Positions 49,916 through 62,660 of a stretch of 64,000 nt of DNA are shown one piece after another. How positions within the stretch are numbered: the first letter of the stretch is position 1; each line of letters begins with the position of its first letter. Under the pieces are notes generated by a model that searched no databases, was not told where the DNA came from, and saw nothing but the letters and a program-made list of their open reading frames with translations. Both the position numbers and the translations under genes were made by a program. The DNA is from Squalus acanthias (taxonomy: Eukaryota): positions 38,626,001 to 38,690,000 of the forward strand of contig CM059445.1 in the NCBI GenBank assembly GCA_030390025.1, given 5' to 3'.

Positions 49916-52841
49916 CCCAGTTTGTCATGTTTTAATAAGGCCAGAATAAGATAGTGTACTTTTCTGAATAGGTTATATGGCTTATTCCTTCACATGCCAA
50001 GCCAGCAGGAGAGCGCTACCCCTCGAATTTTTAAATATGATTTGCTGTAGTTGAAAGACTGTTGGATGCTCCAGCGCTCCACCAAATGCACTCTCATTTG
50101 CCTGCTTGAAGATCTCAAAGTATTCTCCACCTCAGTAGGGAGATGTGTATCATCTGCTGCACATTTATGTTTGACACACAGTGCCACTGTGTAGCCTATT
50201 CTAAGCTTCCTTCTTAGGCAATAACCTCCAGATACCACAACAATGTCGGGAATTCAATGGCAATTTTTATGACCATTATGAATATCAATAATTCTGCTTT
50301 CTGTATCACTTAGTAGTGGGCTGTACAGTGAGTTACAACCCCCTTACCCCCTGTATTGTGACAGCACTCCATCAGTACTCTATCAGGATCTGGTGATACA
50401 CAGCTGCCACTTAAACCAGAGATGAAGCATTCACCTGCTTAACCAACCAGATCACCATCTGCAATATGTTGATCTGTAAAATCAAATTTCACGTTGAATA
50501 ATCACACAGCTGAAGTCAGCAATTTGCAAAAGGAAAGACAAATTCTTTACACAAGTAATGGTTGTTTAGTTTGGTGTTGTGAGACTGAAGCGCATTGAGT
50601 GTTGCTGACAGAATATTAATGCTAAAATGAGAATGAATTAGCATAAAATACCAAGACACATTAAGCAGCATGTGCTGGAATGATAAGGGGATTAAGGAAT
50701 TCTACAGGGACTCTTCCAAGAATATATCTTTAAATGGAGAAGCGGTGGCAAGATTCTTTTGCAAATGCTTGAACGCAGGGCAAATAAAGCTTACTGGATT
50801 TTATGGAATATTGAGTAACTCATTCACAATTCCAAATGGGTCAAAAGTATCCATGGATATAGGAGGCAAAGGTAGTTTTCAATGTTCTGGTGCTATTTTG
50901 CTGATAAACTGGTAAACAATATGTGTCCCAGTACCTTATATACCCAATCCAGAATCAAGTGCCCCCCAATTCAGTTCTCATGCAGAAATGGGACCAGTGC
51001 TCCAGATTCACAAGCTGCCTGACACCGGACCCAGAATGGTCAAGGTATAGGACTCCTAATGGCATCACCACGATCTCTGACCCCAATATAGATCGGTTCC
51101 AGTTACTCCAAAACCAGCCGGGATCCAGTGCCAGGTCTTTTTTTTTATATAAATCCAATATTAATAGTATGAGCACTGGATCTCAGTGGCAACTTGCTAA
51201 AAGTATGCAGGACAACAGTCTTCTAAAGAGATGATCTCGCTACAGAGGTAATGCTTGCGTCGCTAATGCAGCATATAATGTACATATGTGATACAAATCT
51301 AGTGTCACTCTTCTAATATCAGCCCCAGTATAGGGCCAGTAGCAGTCAGTCCATCCAGATCTGGCACTACTGTCTCTCATACTGGATTGTTGTGTGCATG
51401 ATGCCAGGCTTAAAGGGATCTTGAATGACCAGCCCCTCCAAAGATTATCTGGATTTTTTTCCTCGTTCAGAAACCTTGATGAAGGGCACACCACCTCGGT
51501 TGAAAAGATTAGGAAAGAAGATGAGGTAAATTAAGAACTTAACTGATGGCAAGGTGGTGTTTTAGAAGTATGTAGATTCTATGAGGAGGAAACACAGAAG
51601 GTGGTGAGGATTTGCATAGCTGCATTAGTACTGGGAATGAATGCATTAGAGTGGGATTTGAAGACAGTGATGTTGTAGTTAGGAGAAAGAGCATGTAGGA
51701 TTGGAGTATAATGCCATTTCCTCAAAAAGGTTTTGACATAAACCTATCACCAGTTATCAAATTGTTCTTTATAATTGGCAATAACAGAGACAGTTTTAGA
51801 TAACCTTGACTACCAGATTGTAATACTGCACGCACAGTGATGTGAAACAAGAATGATCTGGATTGGAAAGGGTTAATACGTCTATTGAAAGCCCTCTAAA
51901 ATATCAGCTCTTCTGAGGACTGAGTGACGCAGGAGAGCTAATTAATGGTATCCAGGCACAAATACCTGATGCCGAAGTTGCTATGGATACCCTGCAAGGT
52001 TTTTGCCCCCCTATAGTTTCACTCCTTCAGTAAGATTGGGTCATTTTGATTGCATTGTAACAGGCATTTATTTAGTTTTTTTTTACAATTTAGGAAGTAT
52101 ATGGTGCTTTTAAGAAGGAAAAAAATGACTGCAAATGCCAGAACTCTGAAATTAAAAACAGGAAATACACAGCTGATCGCAAAGAGAAAAGGCACTTTCA
52201 TGTTTTGGGTGTCAATCCTTCATCAGAGCTGGACAGTGGAAAATAAGGGAGCCCCTTAATAGAACTGAAGAAAATGAAAGGGAGGGGGAGAAAAACAAAT
52301 TACAAAAGCAAGTCAGGGATGCTGAGTCCTGACACAACAGGGCAATTTATGGATTTAATGTCCAGGTATCTGTGTGAAATACTGGCAAGAGGTGAAAACT
52401 GATGGATGATATACAGAGATGATCTCAATTAAGTCATGGATAAAAATTAAAAGAATGAATGTATGTGAAGATAGCTGAATGACAATAAAAAGGCTTGGGA
52501 AAGATGCACACACACAACTGCAAAATGGAGATGAACAAAGTGGAAGGTAGATGAGAGAAATGGGCAATGAAATGGGGGTGGTAACGAAGGTTTGAAGTAG
52601 TTATTCGGTGTTCGGACCAGTGGACTGTAGAGTGCCTGGTAGAAAGATGAGATATGTTTGTTGAAGGTAGTGTTGAGCTTAGTTGAAGCAGTGTAAGAGG
52701 CCAAGGATGGAAAAGTCTGAGTGGGAGTGGGAGGGACAGTTGAACTGGCAAGCTACAAGTTTATCAAAGTGGTGACCCAATCTGTGTTTGGTCTCCTCAT
52801 TGTGGAGGACACTCTACCAGGAGCATTGAATGCAGCATACT

Positions 52842-53584
52842 GGCCCAAAAATTCGTGAGGGAGCCTTCGTGCGAGGGTAAGGCTTCCCCGCGATCTCTCA
52901 CTGCGCGCTGGCTTTTTCAGTCCCAGCTCGCACGAACTTGATGTTCTGGACAGCAGCTGGGCAGTACTTCCGTATCCCACAGGCGCAGTTAATTCGTGCG
53001 AGCTGTGGGATCACGTGACTCAGTTAGAGCCAATGGCAGCACACCATCTTTCATTCATAGCTTTCACATAAGTGCTGTGAAAGCTATGAATCTATACCCC
53101 CCCAAAAGAACAGCTAAACCTCAATTAATTTTTTTTTAAAAACCATCACATTAATAAAATAAGTATAGTTAAATAAATTAACCATTTTAAACAAAAAATT
53201 AAATTTTTGAAAAAATTTAAAATCTTTTAAAAAGTTATAAAAATAAACTTACCTGTCTTTAAAGTCTCTAAAAAAGATATACCTGTTAAAAAAAAATCAA
53301 AATAATACTTAATTAACTACTTACCTTGTTAAAAGAGGTTCTTACGCCTCCTTTCTTTATGTCTAAAATGTTCCATGCTTACCTGCGCATTCAAAGCACT
53401 AAGTGCACTGCGTGCGCGCAGCCTGTAGCGCGCACGCGGTTCACCTAGGAACCACCCCCTTTTTAATTCACCAAGTGCCGGTTTTCAGCGCATGCGCAGT
53501 GCATGCAGAAAACCGGCAATTGGAGACAGAATACGCGAGAGTACACAGTGCGTACTCTCGCGTAGCGGCACTAATTTTTGGGCC
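52842..53584 (-). mobile_element. Harbinger-type MITE, family C copy 2
   Basis: TIR GGCCCAAAAATT at both ends. ACT TSD at 52839-52841 and 53585-53587. Confidence 0.92.
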
Positions 53585-53737
53585 ACTATGTTGGAGGAAG
53601 CACATTGAAATTGTTGTCTAAGACAGAAGGATTGTTTTGGGCCCTGGATGATGGTGTTGGAAGAAGGTTTAATCAACAGGTGTTGCATCTGCTACTGATG
53701 CATAGGAAAGTGCCTGGAGAACAGCAGTCAGAAGTCT

Positions 53738-54186
53738 ATAGGAAAAGGAGTAGATCATTCATCTCCTCGAGCCTATACCGCCATTCAGTGAGATCATGGG
53801 TGATCTGTACCTTTATTCTATTTGCCTGCCTATGTTCCATATTCCTTACCAACAAAAATCCATCGATCAGCGACTTGAAAATGTAACTTGACCCAGCACC
53901 CATCGGCTTTTGGGGGAACAAGTTCCAGATTTCCAGTACTCTTTGTGTGAAAAAGTGCTTCCTGATTTCATTCTTAAATAGCTCTAATTTTAAGATTATG
54001 TCCTCTTATTCTGGATTTCCACACCAGAGGAAATAGTTTCTCTGTATCTACCCTATCTAATCTCTCTATCATTTTAAATACCTAAATTAGGTCACCCCTC
54101 AACCTTCTAAACTCAAGGGAGACAAACCAAGTTTATGCAACCTGTCCTCATAGTTTAACCCGGTAAGCTCTGATATCATTCTGGTG
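53738..54186 (-). mobile_element. CR1 3' fragment
   Basis: ataggaaaaggagtagatcattc...ctcgagcct...tgagatcatgg, and aggtcacccctcaaccttctaaactcaaggga. Confidence 0.8.
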
Positions 54187-56559
54187 AGAACACGAAATCA
54201 TCAAAGTGATTAAGAGATTGACAGATGCAGAAAGAAAATGGACATGTGCATAAAGAAGAGAGTTAAGATAAAAGGAGACTAGTTCAGTAGAGCAGACATA
54301 TGCTATAACAATAGGCTTGTTGGTACGGTCCTATATGTGTATCTCAGGGAAGAGGTAAAATGTGGCTAATTGAGGTTGGGGAAACTACTAGATTGAAGGC
54401 AGTGGGAGGAAGAGATAAATTTGGTGACAGGTCAGGAAATTATGATTTAGTGTTAGGTTCTGGGGTCATGGTCCAGAGGTGGATGGGAGGAGGTGTCAAG
54501 TAGCTGCCATTTAGGCTCAGCCAGGTAGAAGTTCTTCTGTTATGCAACAATAGTGCCAACCTTGTCAGCAGGCTTGCAGAGAGAGAAGCTAAAAGAATGG
54601 AGGACAACAAGTCTACAAATTCAGACAGAGATAGACTGGTGTGAGTAAGGGAGTGGAGAAACTCAGATGGCCAATATCATGATTAAAGAAGACAGTGAGA
54701 GGAGACAAGAGATATGGGTTGCGAGAGAGCAGGAAGGTTGGTGACAGGTGAAGGGGGTCATATTGTGGTGATTATGATGCTGTGTTGGCAGCACACCCTC
54801 TGATTATTAAGTGCAAGGACAAATATCAGTAAATCAATGTGATCGTTTTGCATGAATTATTAGACCATCATCTTTTGGTCACTTTTTTCAGTTTATAGTT
54901 TGTTCTTGTAAAATTTATAGACATAAATATGGTGGAATTAGTGACTGTCCTTCAGAGCAATGATAGTAAATTATTACCCCAAAGATAACAGATATACTCA
55001 AAGCTACTGACTGATTATTGGAAATGCAGTGCCTTGGTTGCTTAATCTGAGGGACAATATTTCTCACATATAAACTGAACCTGCACTCCAGAGTTTGATG
55101 AGAGAGTATGAGCTTTTGTTCCATTGCCTGCTGATATTACAGACTGAAGACGACACTCACTGATGTAAATTGCCCTTGCATTAATTCTACCACTCGACTG
55201 CTTTTCAGGTGGTCATCTCAGCAGCGATAGCCTTAGAGTAATGCTTTAATACCACGAGCTGGATTTCCATTACAGAATATAGTCCTACCCATGCTGTGTC
55301 CCTTTATATCAGATCAACCTGCTAATGGCTGCCTGAGGAGGAGAAGTAACATAGCTTTGTGCCAAGGGAAATGTCAAACTCACCAACAGGTTAACCCGTT
55401 AAGTGATTTATAGGGTTTTGGTCTTACGTATAAATGTTATGCTCATTATATTCTGGGTTTAGCCCCTTTTCTATAGTAAGTTGCAAAGTGCAGCTGCAGA
55501 TAACTTCAGCAAATGTTGATCAGTCAGTTGTTTGACACCAGTGGCTCCTGGGAGCAAAGAACGGCTTTGCAAAATTGTTGTGTATCAATAGGCAGGTCAC
55601 AGATTGCCTCGTGCTTGTTCAAACAGACCTAGATCCACAGCAAATCTGTATTAGGGGCAGAGTTTCAGGTGGCGAGGTGAGTGAGTTTTCCACAGCTTTG
55701 CAGAAGATATTTTGTGCAAACGTATTAGACTGTTACAGAATATTGAGGTGCAGCCATGTTGGGCTGGAATGGTCTCTAGCTCTTGTCTTAAAAAGGTCTG
55801 CCTCCAGAATTCAATTGCCTTTTTCATAGGTCCCAGATAATCTTACAAGAATAGCAAAATATGCCTTCTGATCATACTCCAGCATTTGTTACACTGCTTC
55901 AGATCTAGTCTCTTGGTCTGACACCTGCTTCAAAAAAGGCTTCCCATGTTAGTTACTACAGGTAACTGCCATTGAAATTTAAAGGTTATCTTTTGAAACA
56001 TTCCCATTTTTTTTATTGCCGAGACAATTCTTGCCATCAGTCTCGGCCTCGCTGCTCTTATTTCCTCAGCTGGCTTTCTTAATAAATTCCACTTTCATAA
56101 CTGGTTGCATTTGGCATGAATACGAAAGTCGTGGTAAAATGTTAGCAACTTATGGAACTACTAGTCATAATCTGTGAGAGAAAAAAATGATGATGTAGAG
56201 GGTAGACTTTAGCATGGAGTTGACCATCCTTTTCCCGTCCTTTGATCTGCACGGCTTCAGATTGCATTGAATTCAAGAGGGTTTATTTGCGCCTGCCAAA
56301 TAGGGTTACAATATTCTATCACTGGGTGGAGAAAAAGCTATGTAAAATGCTGAAGCCACAGTCAATGAGAAGGAGGGTTAGACTTTCTTGTAGTTCGTCA
56401 CACTTGTACCAACTTTTCCAGTCACCTCTCAGTTTGCCTTACGCTAGATTAAATGAGATTACCAAGACAAGGAGACAAATGCTACCTAAGAGAGGTTGAC
56501 ATTCTTATAAAGTAGAGATGAGAGAGAAACACCATGGTAAATCTTTCTCAGAGGAGTTA

Positions 56560-56800
56560 TTGAGTTGGTCATCTCAGTTCTGCAGATAACATGGTATCCA
56601 GTTCAATCCATATCTGTTGGCATTGGTTTAATCCTACTTGTCTTTCAGATAAGTAGCTCAATGTGCTGCATAGAGTGGCCTGAGTAGCAGAACACCAGAT
56701 CACTTTGAAGATGTCCACCAGGTCATCGATGAAAGTGAAAAATGGAGTGGGCTGAGCAGGCTTCTCTGAGAAATTGTGCAAGGGTGTTGCAGTAAGACTT
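56560..56800 (-). mobile_element. Possible very old PLE reverse-transcriptase remnant
   Basis: ORF 56569-56781 contains QPTPFFTFIDD..DIF..IW, resembling the PLE RT motif P..YFRYIDDIF.IW. Confidence 0.3.
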
Positions 56801-58091
56801 AAATCTATTTAGCAGAAGGTTTCCTGCTCCCAACTAGTCTTTTCTCAAAATGTTCCATTATAGCAATTAACATTGTTTCTTTTGTAGATATAATCAACTC
56901 AGTGTGTAGGGTATCATGAATGCGAGCTATGGGCCTACTTGTTGCTGCTGGAAGTTGCAGTGCTGCAGTGTTTCTGAACTACAGATCCTGAAGCTCCAGA
57001 ACTGAATGCTGCGGGCACTCATATCGCTCTTTGTCATTTCAGCTTAATTCATCTCTAATTTTTGCTTGCTGAAGACCCAGCAGTGATAAAAACATTTCAG
57101 ATAATCACCTTTAGGATTTGTTTCTGATTCTGATCCAGTAACATGGTGAAAATGCTTGCAGCCTTGTTTTCTTGGCAAAGATTGCTTCAGAGGAAAGGCA
57201 ATTCTATGTGGCTGGTATGACCTGATTGTACAGAAAGTGCGCTTGTCTAAATGACAATTCAGAGCTGGAAACAGAATTGTCATAGCTGAAGACAAGGTTG
57301 CCCATAAAGAGCGTGTTTCTCACCAGGGTGACGATGTAAGTTTGTTACATACTTACATATTTCTTCTGCTTATACCAAGGAGTAATTCTCTGCAGGAGAA
57401 GTCAAATCAGATATGAAGTGGAATTGAAGGCTGTAAATATCTGCACATTTGTTAACAGTCTACAGTATCAGGGTACAAAAAATTCTATTGGTGAAAAACC
57501 AAAATAGTGAAATAAACAAGTGACAGTCAATCCCACAGTGATTCTGTGATCCAAGTAACATCAGAAATAAGAGGATGCAAATCAGCACTTCAGTCTAATG
57601 CCATTAAATGGGAGGAATTTATAGTCTATTAATTATTCATATGTGTTCCTGCACAGAGCATGTTGACCTTGTACTTGGGTGATAGCTGCTGCCTGTTACA
57701 TGCACACTTGACTCCTACATCATTCCTCTCTGGTAATTGTGAAAATTATCCACAGTGACTGTGTTCCTTCGAATGCACAGGCCCCTTGATGTATCTATTG
57801 ATGTAGTGTGAAGAATTCAAGAGAGAAAATTAAAAGCACTGGGGCTGGAGAAAATATTTTTTTAATTGAATCCAGTGTATATGCAAGTTTTGAACCTATC
57901 CATCAAGCGACATGCATGTAAATATCCGAGTCATAGTCAACAAAATAATAGTAAAGAGAAAGGGCAAAAAGCCAATCATTTCCAGTGTACTTCGAAGCTC
58001 CCCTAGCAACAGAAAAAGGTACATAAAAATAAAAGCCAATCAGAACTTTAACTGACCTGAGAAGCAGCCAAAGAATAATTTGTTTCTAATT

Positions 58092-58510
58092 GTCAACCTT
58101 GGCTTAATGGTAGCACTCTTGATTTGAGTCAGTAGGTCGTGGCTTCAAGTCCCACTCCAGAGACTTGAGCACATAATCGAGGCTGATACTTCAGTGCAGT
58201 ACTGAGGGAGTGCTGCACTGTCAGAGATGCTCTTTCAGATGAGACATTAAACCATTTTGGTGGATGTAGAAGATTCCACGGCACTTTTTGAAGAAGAGCA
58301 GGGGAGTTCTCCCGGTGTCCTGATCAACATTTTCCCTCAATCAACATTATGGAAACAGACTCCTTGGTCATTTATCTTGCTGTTTGCAAATTGTCTGCCA
58401 TGGTTCCTTACATTGCAACAGTGACAACACTTCAACAATACTTCAATGCCTGTGAAGTGCTTTAGGACGCCTTGAGATCGTGAATGGTGCTGTATAAACC
58501 AAATTCTTTG
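58092..58510 (+). mobile_element. Near full-length tRNA-head Deu-core SINE
   Basis: A-box-like TGGCTTAATGG (~58100), B-box-like GGCTTCAAGTCC (58141), core cagatgagacattaaacc...gaagaagagcaggggagttctcccggtgtcc and an L2-type tail. Confidence 0.85.
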
Positions 58511-58639
58511 GGGCATGCCAAGTCACACACAGCTGCACTTTCACAGCAGAATAATATACTATGTGTAACATGGTAAAAATCTCTCTTTATAAAACCGCAA
58601 ATATCCTAGCTTTCCATGACTAAGCAGCATCATGAGAGT

Positions 58640-60080
58640 CAGTCACACCCTCTCCTCCACTTTAGATGCCCTTGTCCTCATTAAAGCCATTACTTGCTCT
58701 CACCCTCGTCATTCCCCCGATATGGCCCTCAACTCCGCTCCCTTAAGGCCAAGGGAAGCAGACTCCAATAGTGGACAACTGGCTTAACCATCCATCGTAA
58801 GATCTGGTTGGATCACATAATGCATTATCGGGTCCTGCTCTCCTTTGCCAAAATTGCTCACTATTCAAAGATCATCCTGGAATGCAAAGATAACCCCCAG
58901 TTTCCCTTCTCCACCACAAACGGTCTTCTTAAACCACCCTCCTGTGCCACCTCCACACTCACCTCCAATAACAAGTGCAAGGAGCTCATGGACTTTTTTG
59001 TTACAAAGCTTCAGACCATCCATTCAGCTGCCTCTGCCGCTTCCCTCCCTTCCCCAACCCACCAGGCCAAACTTCCCCTAATGTTTCCCGCTGCTCTAGC
59101 CCTGAACTCAAATCTTCCTCTAGATTCTATCCCATCTCCGATCATGCTCTCTCCAAGCTCATCTTGTCCATGAGACCCACCTTCTGCTCCCTCGATCCAA
59201 TTCCCACCAAACTGTTGACCACCCAACATCACTTCCTGGCCCCTATGTTAGCTGATGTTGTAAATGGTTCCCTTTCATCAAGTACTGTCCCCCTCCTCTT
59301 CAAATCTGCCAGCATCACCCCTCCTCAAAAGAAATACCCTTGACCCCTCTGTCCTTGCAAAATACCGCTCCATCTCCAACTGCCCTTGCTGGTTCCATTC
59401 TTGTCTATCGAATCATAACCAGAGAATCACCTGCAATGGCATCTCTTCCCACTCCCGCACCATTACCTCTGGAGTCCCCCAAGAATTTATCCTTGGGCCC
59501 CTTCTGTTTCTCATCTACATGCTGCCTCTTGGCAACGTCAGGTTCCATATGTACGCTGACGACACTCAGCTCCATCTCACCATCACCTCTCTTGACTCTT
59601 CCACTCTCTCTGATTTGTCACGCTGCTTGTCTGATATCCATTATTGGATGACCCATCACCCATGTGCTTGCTGACCTGCATTGGATCCCGGTCCAGTAAC
59701 GCCTCAATTTAAAAATTCTCATCCCTGTTTTCAAATCCCTCCATAGCCTCGCCCTTCCCTATCTCTGTAATCTCCTGCAGCCCTACAAGCCTTCGAGATT
59801 TCTGCACTCCTCCAATTCTGGCACCTTACGCATCCCCGATTTTAATTGCTCCACCATTGGCGGCCGCGGTTTCAGCTCCTTTGGCCCTAAGCTCTGGAAT
59901 TCTCTCCCTAAAGCTCTCTGCCTCTCTTCCTCCTTTAAGATGTTCCTTAAAAACAGCCTCCATCTGTCTTAATATCTCCTTCTGTGACTCTGTGTCAAAA
60001 TTTGATTGATAATGCTCTTCTGAAGCATCTTGGAATGTTTTGCTGTGTTAAATGCGCTATATAAATGCAAGTTGTTCTTG
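58640..60080 (+). mobile_element. L2 LINE with internal deletions
   Basis: ORFs contain CSLDPIPTKLL, LDPSVLAKYR.ISN and ITSGVPQ..ILGPLLFLIYMLPLG..FHMYADDTQL. L2 tail gcgctatataaatgcaagttg. Confidence 0.92.
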
Positions 60081-60199
60081 AGTCTGCTCGTATTAAAACA
60101 TAATTGCACGCTTTCCTAGGTCCTGATATATTACAGGAGGCACGTAATATAACATGGCACCGTATTTGCAGATATGTACATTCAAAGTCTCATGTAGCT

Positions 60200-60570
60200 C
60201 TGTACATTTGAGTGACACCACACAGTGACTGGATCAATGTACAATGTTGAGGGGTAGGCCAGGGTCTCATTGGGTTCAGGTAATATATGGTTCCAATGAG
60301 TGTTTACAAGAGTGCTAAGGTGACTTGTTGGGAAGTTTTGTGGGTGGACGCTCTTCATAGTCAGAGTTTTCTGATCAAGCATGAGCAGTCTGCTGAATAT
60401 GGAAAGGCTGTTTTGGTCCATTTCTGGCCAAATAGTTTCAACGATAAAATATTTACTGCTGAACTCGCCCATCATGCTTAACTGAAGATGTGGTGATAGA
60501 CATTGTGTGCGGATTACATCATGCCATAAAGTGCATTAGGGAACTATATAAACGATTAAAGAAGGTAGTC
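60200..60570 (-). mobile_element. Possible ancient LTR-element integrase zinc-finger remnant
   Basis: Frameshifted minus-strand pieces YIVP...V..., HDG...WPEM...Y..DC..., WNHI follow the order of the Gypsy/retroviral H2C2 region. Confidence 0.4.
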
Positions 60571-61291
60571 TAAGCTGACCACAGTGACCTTAAAAAGATC
60601 ATTTGAGGAAATTATATTTGGGAATACATATAAGAGGAAGAAAATCTGTGAAATGCTCACACCTGGCTAGCTGTTAACTGAAGTTGTACGCAGTCCGTTG
60701 GAGACCTTTTGAATTGAAAGTTCTTGTTTGGAATCATTCAGCATGTTGTGTCTTTAGAAGGATATGGGTTACAATCGCCATCTAGACTATAATATCTAGC
60801 CTTGAGATCGAGCTATGCAGAAGCTGAGCACTGTTGAATGAGTTTTTGTGACTGACTACAAGTATTTGTGCAACAGCATAAATGAATAGTGGTGTGGTAA
60901 ATGGATAGACTGTGCTGTATTGCGGGCGCATTAGTTACAGGGCTCTGCAGGAGTATTTATAGAGTGCAGCTAAAGCCAATAAATGGATTTTGAATAAAAA
61001 TGCATTTCAGGAGGACGAAAAAGAACCTGAAGAATATGTTATGAAACAAAATGCTGCAGCAAAAAGCGGAGAACAATAAAGTGCTTAAAATCTCTATTGC
61101 ATCATCAGTGCAATATTATTTTTTTTACCTTTCAATTTATAATTCAAGGAATACAAAATAGGATTCTAGTTGTTGTCTGTGTATAAACTAAACCCACAAA
61201 ATAAGGAGAAGTATATAAAAAAAATCCTTGACACAATGGGGATCATGTAATCAGCTGCATTCTGTTCACTAAATAATCAGCTCATCACAAT

Positions 61292-61915
61292 GGCCCCGGA
61301 TTTTCTGGGAAATTAACGGCGTTATTGTGAGTAGAAAAAAACATCAATTTGTGGTGAGCAACAGATACCCCACGAGTTGTGAATCACCACAAATTGCTGG
61401 ATGATTTGCACCACTCTGCTGTTAGCCTTGTGAAGACGGGAGCTCGCCCACTACCTGCCCACAAGTTTCAAGAAATTGCTGCACTTGCACTGTTAAAACG
61501 AATTTTAAACCCGCCGCAGAAATTTAGTGCTGGTACTTAGCATCGTAAGGAGCCTTTTAATTAGATTTATGTTTCTGCTTTGCCACAGAACCTCATGCCC
61601 AGAAAGTGAACAACTGAACTGTGCAGTTTCATTCCTGCAGGTTGTAAATTGTTCTGAGAGGTTTATAAAATTTTAAATTTAAATTTTTTTTCTTATCCTT
61701 TCTGTCTCTCTTTTTTTCTCTCTCTCTTGTAATCCAATCTTTCTTTCCCTCAATTTATTTCTCTTTCTCTGTCTAATTTGACTCTAATTCGCCTTATTTC
61801 CTTCTCCCTCATTCCTCTGTTTCTTTCTCTATCCTTAAATCTCATTGGTTAAGGGGATATTCTGTTGGTCCCATCATTCACCAAGGTCCTAGATGCCCCG
61901 TTGGCCTCGCTGCAC
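61292..61915. mobile_element. Harbinger-type MITE, family D copy 2, truncated at a PLE fragment
   Basis: Starts AAT|GGCCCCGGATTTTCTG. Reverse-orientation homolog of 14395-15025. Confidence 0.7.
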
Positions 61916-61957
61916 AGGTTCTGACGAAAGGTCATCGACCTGAAACGTTAACTCTGT
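61914..61957 (+). ncRNA. Minimal type-I hammerhead ribozyme motif with intact core (PLE family P1 fragment extending to about 62013)
   Basis: GTT-CTGACGA-A-AGGTC(atc)GACCT-GAAA-CGTT-AAC shows both conserved core boxes, a 5-bp helix II, a palindromic ACGT helix III and a short helix I. Confidence 0.78.
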
Positions 61958-62660
61958 TTCTCTCTTCATAGATGCTGCCTGACCTGCTGAGTATTTCCAG
62001 CATTTTCTGTTTCACCCAGGATCAGATCACTGCCTTGTAATTCACTGGCAGCCATCACAGGTCCTCAATTCACTTAAAGCGAAGGGTTGAATTGCCATCA
62101 TTTATCCATTCAGTTCTTCCTTAAGTCGATTTTATTTCTCAAATCAAGTCTCCATTACCAGTAATTATTATTGGTAGCAGTCTTTAATTCAATGATGGGT
62201 GTTATGTGCCTGTTGAGTTAGTTATCTTCCCTTCAATAGAAGTTAACAACCAAAGTCACACAATTAACAGGAGTGCTTAAGGTGTAAATAGAAAATGGAA
62301 TAAAAAGATAAAGTGCCTGGAAAACACAGCAGGAATGTCAGCATCTGAGAAAAGATAAATTAATGTTTTGAGTAGTGATTCTGCATCACAACTGGACAGG
62401 GAAGGCAGGAAAATGTCTTTACAGGATGGAAAGGGAACAAAGAACAATAGTAAAGTTCACAGGTCAAATCTGCTAAAGACTAAAATTTTCTTATAGTTCT
62501 TTAATGGGTTTCCCCTATTTCTCAAGTGCAGTTAGGGATGGGCAATAAATGCTGGCCAGCGATGCCCACATCCCGTGAATGAATTAAAAAAAGACTCTCC
62601 TCAAGCCACATTAGCACACCACCTGGTGGCTCATTACAGAACGGTGTTGCTCAGATACTT

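Larger units (their letters stand above)
52120..54780 (-). mobile_element. Old Penelope-like element remnant interrupted by a MITE and a CR1
   Basis: Joining across the MITE gives IQGPKQSF.LRQQF.C.SSNIV|.CIQCS...LH..ETKHRLG..F, the GIY-YIG endonuclease region. A terminal repeat with decayed CTGATGA lies at 52220-52226. The outer boundary is approximate. Confidence 0.7.

Noticed and set aside
50400-51500. Ancient L1/Tx1 remnant on the minus strand
   Set aside because: Only faint words (LWRG..KIP, YW, PIWN); too degraded to support without an alignment.
51476-51510. Additional hammerhead (ttgatga...gaaa)
   Set aside because: It lacks the first core C, a convincing helix II and a palindromic helix III.
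58092-58165. tRNA gene
   Set aside because: The A/B-box-like head continues into a SINE core and LINE-type tail, and no full cloverleaf is evident.
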